From Guillardia theta CCMP2712 (lineage: Eukaryota > Protista > Cryptophyta): a stretch of 64,000 nucleotides of DNA. Below, in pieces: positions 57,864-64,000 of this stretch; positions within the stretch are counted from its first letter, which is position 1, and each line of letters begins with the position of its first letter. The position numbers and the translations under genes were made by a program. Under the pieces are notes generated by a model. The model was not told where the DNA came from. It ran no database searches and saw only the letters and a program-made list of their open reading frames with translations. The DNA is taken from positions 1 through 64,000 of the forward strand of contig NW_005434636.1 in NCBI RefSeq assembly GCF_000315625.1. Direction: 5' to 3'.

Positions 57864-60417
57864 TAGGTGAAGTCTTGATCAAGGAAACTGAAGCTCTGCA
57901 GCGAGGATTGCAATCTCCTGCAGCGAGGATCGAAATCTTGACCGCATTCTGAGCAATTATGGACATTCTTTCCTTCATTTAAAATGGGCACACTCCATCC
58001 TTCAGTTATCTCCTCTTCATTTCATTCTAGCCAACAAGCAGCCGGTTTGCTACCTCTCACCCTCCTTCTCTAGCCATTGTGTTGATCTTGATCTGACTTG
58101 TTTGTCCTGCTGTTCCCTTCAGGTTCATTGGTGAAGGAGGCAGCTGCTTCAACTCTGAGAGCACTATATGCTCGACATGATATGAAAGTTTTGCTGCTCT
58201 GACAACTTGGCGCGATGGAGCTCCTAAGGTCGACCTTCGCAGGTTCGTGGCCATGGCGCAGGATCGGTCAGCATGTCTGCCATGACAGGCTCGCAGATCT
58301 GTCCTGCGCTGTTTCAATGATGCCCCGGGTTGTGCGAGATCGCAAGGAGGCAGAGCTTATCATGCACGTGCAGCAGGTGCCTTGACTTGCGAGCAGTCGC
58401 TCAGTATGAACTCGCTCCTTGCAGGGGATTCAGACGCTGGCGATGATCGAGGAGAAGTTGGAGGCGATCTTTGCGCAGAGAAACGTGATGAGCAGGACGT
58501 TGGAGGTTGTGGAGGCATATGACAAGGACCAAGCTCTCACCAGCGTCTCTCCCCTACTCAACAAGACGGCAAGATGATGATTTGTTTCATCAAGACTTTC
58601 TATTCATGACACGTGAAGCAGATTCTTGTCCTTGAGCGCCAATGCCTTTTGCTACTTGAGAAGCATTCTGCCGTGAGGAAAGGAATCAAACTGAGCTCGC
58701 AGGAGATGGAAAAGGTGCTTGATCTTCATCTTTGTCATTTTGAAAGGCAGGGCAGTATGCGTTCTTGAATGAAAGGTTGGCGTTGGAACTGAACTTCTTT
58801 GTTCGATCTGCTGCCGAGGACAAGATGTAAGTTGCATTACCGTGATCTGTGAGATGAGAGTTTGTGAGGTGAGAGAGTGATCTTTTGACATTCACAGCTC
58901 GATAGTTGTCATGTCTTGCTAATGCTACTTGGTTATCTCTCCTCACCTCAATGGGCGCAGGTGCATGTCAATCATTGAGAAGCGGATCTCGCAGACAGTC
59001 CAGCAGTTTGTGCAGTCGGTGGACAACTCTTATGAGAGCGAGGAGGCAACAGGAGGAAGCAAACGGTGAGGAATGAGTCAAGAGCGAGCGAATTGTTCAG
59101 AAAAAGGAGAGCTGAGCGAGGGGGAGGAAGAGGAGGAAGAAGAAGATGAAAAGAGGGATGAGGTGGTAGTGGTGGTGGGAGGATGGGAAGAGGAGAAGGA
59201 GAAGCAGGAAGCGATGGATGCTGGGGAAGGGAGAATGTTGCTAACGAGGATGGTGGCGAAACAGGAAAGAATGCGGACGCCAAGAGGACGTTTCTCTTCT
59301 CGATGTTTCATCAGCAGGGATGGCAGGAAGTCAAAAGATTGCGCAGGCAACAAGCGTAACTGCCGATGTGAGGAACTTTTATTGCTCGCTAGAAGATGAA
59401 GATTACAGCAGGAGGACGGCAGGGCTGGAGGAGAGAAAGATGCGGCAGCGGAGGAGGAGGGCAACTTTCAAGAGGCCAGCAAACGAACACACCAGCACCG
59501 AGGAGCATCGACTGTACAGCAAGACGCCGTCAGATCAGTTGCTACTGAGGAACATGCTGGTATCACCCTCTACCCCAGATGCGACCCATCCTCCTCCTCT
59601 CCTTCCCTTCCTCCTCTCCTTTCCTTCCTCCTCTCCTGTCCTCCATCCTTCTCATCTGCACTGTTCTGCTCCTGTCCTCCCTTCCTCTCATGCTCATCAT
59701 GAAATGGTGGCAGATGCTCCAGCCAAGAGGCCAGTGGACGAGGAGCTGGATTTCTCATCCCCATCCCCGCAGAAGAAGACGAGGAGCAGCTACGACCTCC
59801 GCACTCCCTCGCACGCTCTCCTCCCCTTCGCTACCCCCCAGTCAAACGTCGGATCCAGTGACTGCTCCTCCGCAAAGAGCAGCTCAATCCACTGCGCCCA
59901 GAAGGTAAACTTAATCGCATTCCTGCCCCTTCCTCCCCCTCCTCCTCGTCCTTGTCGTTCCCTTCGTCTTTGTCTTCCTCTTCGTCTTCTCCTTCCCTTC
60001 TCCCTCCTTCTCGCTGTCATTGTGATCGCAACCTCCTCTTGCGTCCCTGACGCCCTGCAGAGCACAAGCACTCCGATGAACTTCGAGGCCTCCAGCGGCG
60101 AGCATGACGTTTCCGGCAGTGCCTCCAGCAGCTTCCCGAGCCAGGAGATGAGCTGCCCCCAGGTACGCAAGGGAGGATGGAGAGGGAGAGGGAGAGGAGG
60201 AAGTGAAGAAGGTTCACGCACGCGACAGCCCTCATTCTCTCCATGTGCCGAGGAGAAGGTTGAAGAAAACTGCAAGGGGGAGGAGGCAATGGAGCAGTCA
60301 CTGGCAAGGGAGACGAGCGAGCAAGCGGACCATGTGCTGCAAGAGGAACAGGGAAGGGAAGGGAAGGAGGAGGAGCAGGAGCAGGAGGAGGAGGAGGGTT
60401 CCTCTCCGAAGCCTTTC

Positions 60418-62220
60418 TCACAGCTGTAGAGCCCGCAGCTCGAGGAAGACTCTTTCCCATTCTTGCAGGTAGGTGCGGCGATGAAGCTCCGCCAACTTCC
60501 TCACCTGCTCCTTGTGGCGGGAAAAGTCAACAGTTCTCAGCTTGTCAACGAGGTCCTCCCAGCTGGAGAAGAAGATGAGCGAGGCCGCGTGATAGCTGTC
60601 GTACTCGTATGCGAACATGATGGTCTCCTGACTCAACGTGCTCTTGAGCTTCGGGCACCTCCACCTCCCGCTCTGCTCTATCCTAGCTCTGTGCTCCTGT
60701 ACATCCCACTTGGTGTCCCACCAGAAGGCAGGATCGACGCTGAGCTGCAGGAGGAAGTCAGGGGTAGGCACCAGCATCGCCACACCGGCGCCGAGGAGCT
60801 GGTGAAAGGAGGTGGACATGTAGTTCTGAGGGATCCTGACCATGGCCTTGAACCTCGCGGCCTCCTCTGCCCCGTTGTACCTCCCATTGTACACGCGGAA
60901 CCCGTTGGAGCGGAGGAAGGAAGAGACGCCGAAGTTCATCTCGTTGTTCATGAACGCAACGTTTCCTCCCTCCTCCTTGCATGTTCCTCCGACGACTCCC
61001 CGGTCAGGCACCAGCACTGTGTCTTCCACGTTCACCTCGCGCTCCTCCTCGTTGTGCAAGGCGTACACTCCCGGAGGGAGCAGGAAGGCAGTCCCGCCAG
61101 CCCTGAGCTCGCTCTCCTCTCCCTCCTCCTTCCAGGGTCGCTGATTGCCGACGCCAGGAGGATAGATCACTTCAGCATGCGACCAGTCGATGCCGCGCCA
61201 GTGCTGAGCGTACCAGCTCTCGAAGAGGTTGCTTGCTACCAGCCTGACGTTGGGTCGACGTGTCAGCTCCCGCATGAGCTGGTAGAAATCCTCGTCCGGG
61301 AAGTAGGAGGTTGCCATCTCCTCCTGCGCGAGCTGGAAATCGATGTCCTGGTTGGAGAAGTCAAAACGATTACAGACGTAGAGGAGGATGGGCTTTCTCC
61401 AGCGGTCGCCCTCGAGGAAGGGACGGGCCATGGGGGTCGTGTCGGAGACCAGGACCATGTCAAAGGTCTGGAAGAAGATCCGGTATGTCTCCCACACCAG
61501 CTCTGCCCTCCTCCTGTTCACGTTGTAGTTGAGCCCCGAGCTCTCCGAGTCCAAGTTGACGCCGTCGTTGAAGTCAAACGTCTCTAGGTACACGCAGGGG
61601 AAGCGGTGGAAGATGCCGGCGATCTCAGAGGACAAGCCGCTATGGCGGGTGACATGGAGGATGCGGGTGGACATGTTGCTGCCCGCACACCTGATGCTCT
61701 TCTCCTTTTCTCCTCCACAAGATGATACTGTTGGTACTTCCCGCCATGCGCATCGGCTGTCAGAAGTAGAGGAGCGCGGAGATCTTGGAGCAATGCACAC
61801 GCCAACGAGAGTGACGAGCGGGGAGGTGGAGGGGAAAGATGCCTGGCAGAGAGCACGGTCGCCGACAGGCCGGCATGTGCAGAGGGAAGCGAAGGATACC
61901 GACCTGCCATTCTCGAGCTCGTCCTTGGTCAACAGAAAGTAGTCGAGCTGCTGGCAAGTCTTGTAAAACCTTGCCTCCTCCTCCTCCCTCCTCACAGTGA
62001 AGTTGACAAAGACGTAGTCGAGACCCTCTAGCTCACATCGTTGTAGGTGGAGCTCAAGGCCCGAGCTTTTTGCGCCGCAGGTTGGAGGGGACGAGGAGGG
62101 ATTTGTTCCAGGGAGGAGGAAGAGAAAGAGGAGGAGGGCTGGAAGCATGCATGAGACAGCAGAGGTCAGAGAAACCTCTGAGGGGGAGGAGGAGGACAAG
62201 CAAGCGCGGGCAGGGGTCAC
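60418..62220 (-). CDS. Intronless 600-aa secretory-pathway protein, possibly glycosyltransferase (GT-B)-like
   Basis: Long open frame; hydrophobic signal MLPALLLFLFLLP; alpha/beta pattern RILHVTRH..FDMVLVSDT.P..RYNG..FKAMVRIP..IFFSSWEDL; GT assignment is inference. Confidence 0.6.
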   Translation of the reverse strand: MTPARACLSSSSPSEVSLTSAVSCMLPALLLFLFLLPGTNPSSSPPTCGAKSSGLELHLQRCELEGLDYVFVNFTVRREEEEARFYKTCQQLDYFLLTKDELENGRSVSFASLCTCRPVGDRALCQASFPSTSPLVTLVGVCIAPRSPRSSTSDSRCAWREVPTVSSCGGEKEKSIRCAGSNMSTRILHVTRHSGLSSEIAGIFHRFPCVYLETFDFNDGVNLDSESSGLNYNVNRRRAELVWETYRIFFQTFDMVLVSDTTPMARPFLEGDRWRKPILLYVCNRFDFSNQDIDFQLAQEEMATSYFPDEDFYQLMRELTRRPNVRLVASNLFESWYAQHWRGIDWSHAEVIYPPGVGNQRPWKEEGEESELRAGGTAFLLPPGVYALHNEEEREVNVEDTVLVPDRGVVGGTCKEEGGNVAFMNNEMNFGVSSFLRSNGFRVYNGRYNGAEEAARFKAMVRIPQNYMSTSFHQLLGAGVAMLVPTPDFLLQLSVDPAFWWDTKWDVQEHRARIEQSGRWRCPKLKSTLSQETIMFAYEYDSYHAASLIFFSSWEDLVDKLRTVDFSRHKEQVRKLAELHRRTYLQEWERVFLELRALQL

Positions 62221-62590
62221 ACAGCAAAGAAAGGGGACGCAATGGGAGTAGGGAAAAGGGGGATCAGGAATAAAATGGAAAAATCAAGGAGGATGGGGAG
62301 GGAGGAGAAAGATACAGGGGCAGCATCTGCCGCGAGGTAGCACAAGAGATTGGGGAGGAAGTCCCGGCCTGTGCGATCCTTGATCTTGTACAGGACATGG
62401 CGATACAAGCTTGCATGTTGCGTTAACAGAACCCTGAGCACTCGGCAAACGTTGCGAATGATGGAATAGCAGACATACATTGCATAACAACTTAAACATA
62501 ACAAGGTGAAAAATTAAACATTCAACACATCCTGCGGCGTCTTCACACTGATCGACCGTTCTCCACATACGACCAGGACACGAGCCGGTG

Positions 62591-63643
62591 TCATTCAAGG
62601 AACGACTGGAGCAGATCGGTGCTGTCCCCTCCACCCTTCATCTCGGGCAGGACGATATCATCCTCCTTCAGCGCCTTCGCTTGCAAGCAGACAGGATAGT
62701 TGATAGCACCATCGTCAAGATCCAACGAGTCGTCTTCAAGTCCATCAAGCTCGCTGCACGCATCTGTAGATGAAAACAACTTGCCAAACTGTTCCCTTTC
62801 GCCCTCCCCTTCCGGAAAGCAGAATCTGCCCTGACTCCCGGCTGCTGCTCCTCCTTCGACTTCCTTGTAAGACCCTCCTCCTACCTCCTGCTCCTCCATA
62901 TCTGAGCAGCACGTGGAGGCGACGGTACTTCTGTCCGACATGTCCTGATCCTTCGCAACCACAAGCCCCTCGCTGTCCTCGTCCTCTGAAACTTGCTCCT
63001 CCGTTCCGCTCTCGTCCAAGACGTTCAGTCGATACAGGAAGGGGTTTCCTGCCCCTCCCTTGCCGATCCGATGTATCCTCCTGGAGCTAACCAACCGGCG
63101 AAGCGCCTTGCCTGTCCCAGTGTTATCGCCAATGAAGGAGCGGATGACTTTCTCTGTGACGAGCTCCTGGTGGAGCTTGAAGAAGCTGATGATCCTGTCC
63201 TCTACTCTCTTCAGCCGCATCTCCACCACTGGATCCTTCAACCCCTCTCGCAGTGCTTCAGAGGGAGATCTGACGACCTTGTACAAGAAAGGTTCGCTGG
63301 ACCCTCCCTTTCCCATCCTCTCCACCACAGATAGTGCCATCAAGCGCCTTAGAATCTCTCGCGTGTATCGATTGTCGCCAACAGCTGACAAGATTTGTCG
63401 CTCAGTGACAGGCTGATCCCCGATCGCCCGGAGTATGTCTTCTTGCTTGTTGGATGACTTGTTCTTGGACGAATCTTCCACTGGTAGGAATGGTTTTGGA
63501 TTCTTTGCAACATTCAAATTCTTTGCAACATTCGGATTCTCAGCCACTTGCGACTTGGGCAGTAGCAATCTCTTCTTGTTCAATCTTTGTGGGCGACTAG
63601 GCATGGCAACTAAGACAATCGGGATCAAACTTGTTGAAACCAA
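62591..63643 (-). CDS. Putative DNA-binding protein with two tandem winged-helix-like repeats
   Basis: VTERQILSAVGDNRYTREILRRL..VERMGKGGSSEPFLY and VTEKVIRSFIGDNTGTGKALRRL..IHRIGKGGAGNPFLY; acidic tail. Confidence 0.7.
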   Translation of the reverse strand: MVSTSLIPIVLVAMPSRPQRLNKKRLLLPKSQVAENPNVAKNLNVAKNPKPFLPVEDSSKNKSSNKQEDILRAIGDQPVTERQILSAVGDNRYTREILRRLMALSVVERMGKGGSSEPFLYKVVRSPSEALREGLKDPVVEMRLKRVEDRIISFFKLHQELVTEKVIRSFIGDNTGTGKALRRLVSSRRIHRIGKGGAGNPFLYRLNVLDESGTEEQVSEDEDSEGLVVAKDQDMSDRSTVASTCCSDMEEQEVGGGSYKEVEGGAAAGSQGRFCFPEGEGEREQFGKLFSSTDACSELDGLEDDSLDLDDGAINYPVCLQAKALKEDDIVLPEMKGGGDSTDLLQSFLE

Positions 63644-64000
63644 TGTCTGCCCATGGACCGATGAAAGACTTGTGGGGAATTACCACTCAAAACCGAAGAT
63701 TGTCTCCAAATCGACCAATGTTCCGTAGGAAACTAAATGGGAAATGTTCCTAGCAAGAAAGTTACTCTCACCAAGAGAACAAAATGGAGATGAAGGTGTG
63801 CAAGGCTACAGAACAAACTGTAGAGGCAGAAGGCCGGAAAGGAGGGTACAGGAAAAGAAGCGACGGTCAAGATAAAGATAGAGAAGTAGAAGGAGCGTAC
63901 ACTCAGATATTCATAACGGGTCAAAGACAATCAAGGAATGACAAGAGACGTAGCAGATGAAAAATCACAATCAGTTGTGCGATTGATTGGTCGTGACGGT

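Noticed and set aside
58000-60429. Additional plus-strand hypothetical genes
   Set aside because: Exon-like pieces exist, but low complexity prevents a supportable model or product call
1-64000. rRNA, tRNA or snRNA genes
   Set aside because: None recognised by eye; tRNAscan-SE/Infernal would be needed to exclude them

Overview
Eukaryotic nuclear DNA starting at a chromosome end with (CCCTAAA)n. Short GT-AG introns of about 50 nt, signal-peptide-plus-Phe plastid presequences and FPRK-type RWP-RK genes point to an alga with a secondary red plastid, probably a cryptophyte such as Guillardia (inference). Most of the window is an ordinary intron-rich gene array: Zn2Cys6 TF, F-box/kelch, R2R3-MYB, HCF164-like thioredoxin, DnaJ, fatty-acid hydroxylase/sterol desaturase, KEOPS Pcc1, ionotropic glutamate receptor-like, TPR, SPRY, PCF11, a plastid-targeted orphan, a GT-like protein and a tandem winged-helix protein. 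The standout is a ~10 kb rearranged island (28.2-38.0 kb). It holds a truncated RWP-RK copy fused to a decayed, intronless, foreign (virus-like) ORF; an intronless U-box + Tyr-kinase-like + ARM gene whose repeats are constant DNA scaffolds with swapped variable cassettes; a CRE-like reverse transcriptase remnant; and a 2.37 kb near-perfect palindrome with two head-to-head RWP-RK genes around a spacer built from templated short repeats. A decayed Crinkler/RHS-like gene lies at 54.8-56.6 kb. Two classes of scrambled-motif islands (CCGG/GACTC-rich and GGGGTA/TACCCC-rich) recur at junctions and between genes. Exon boundaries were deduced by eye and no database searches were run.
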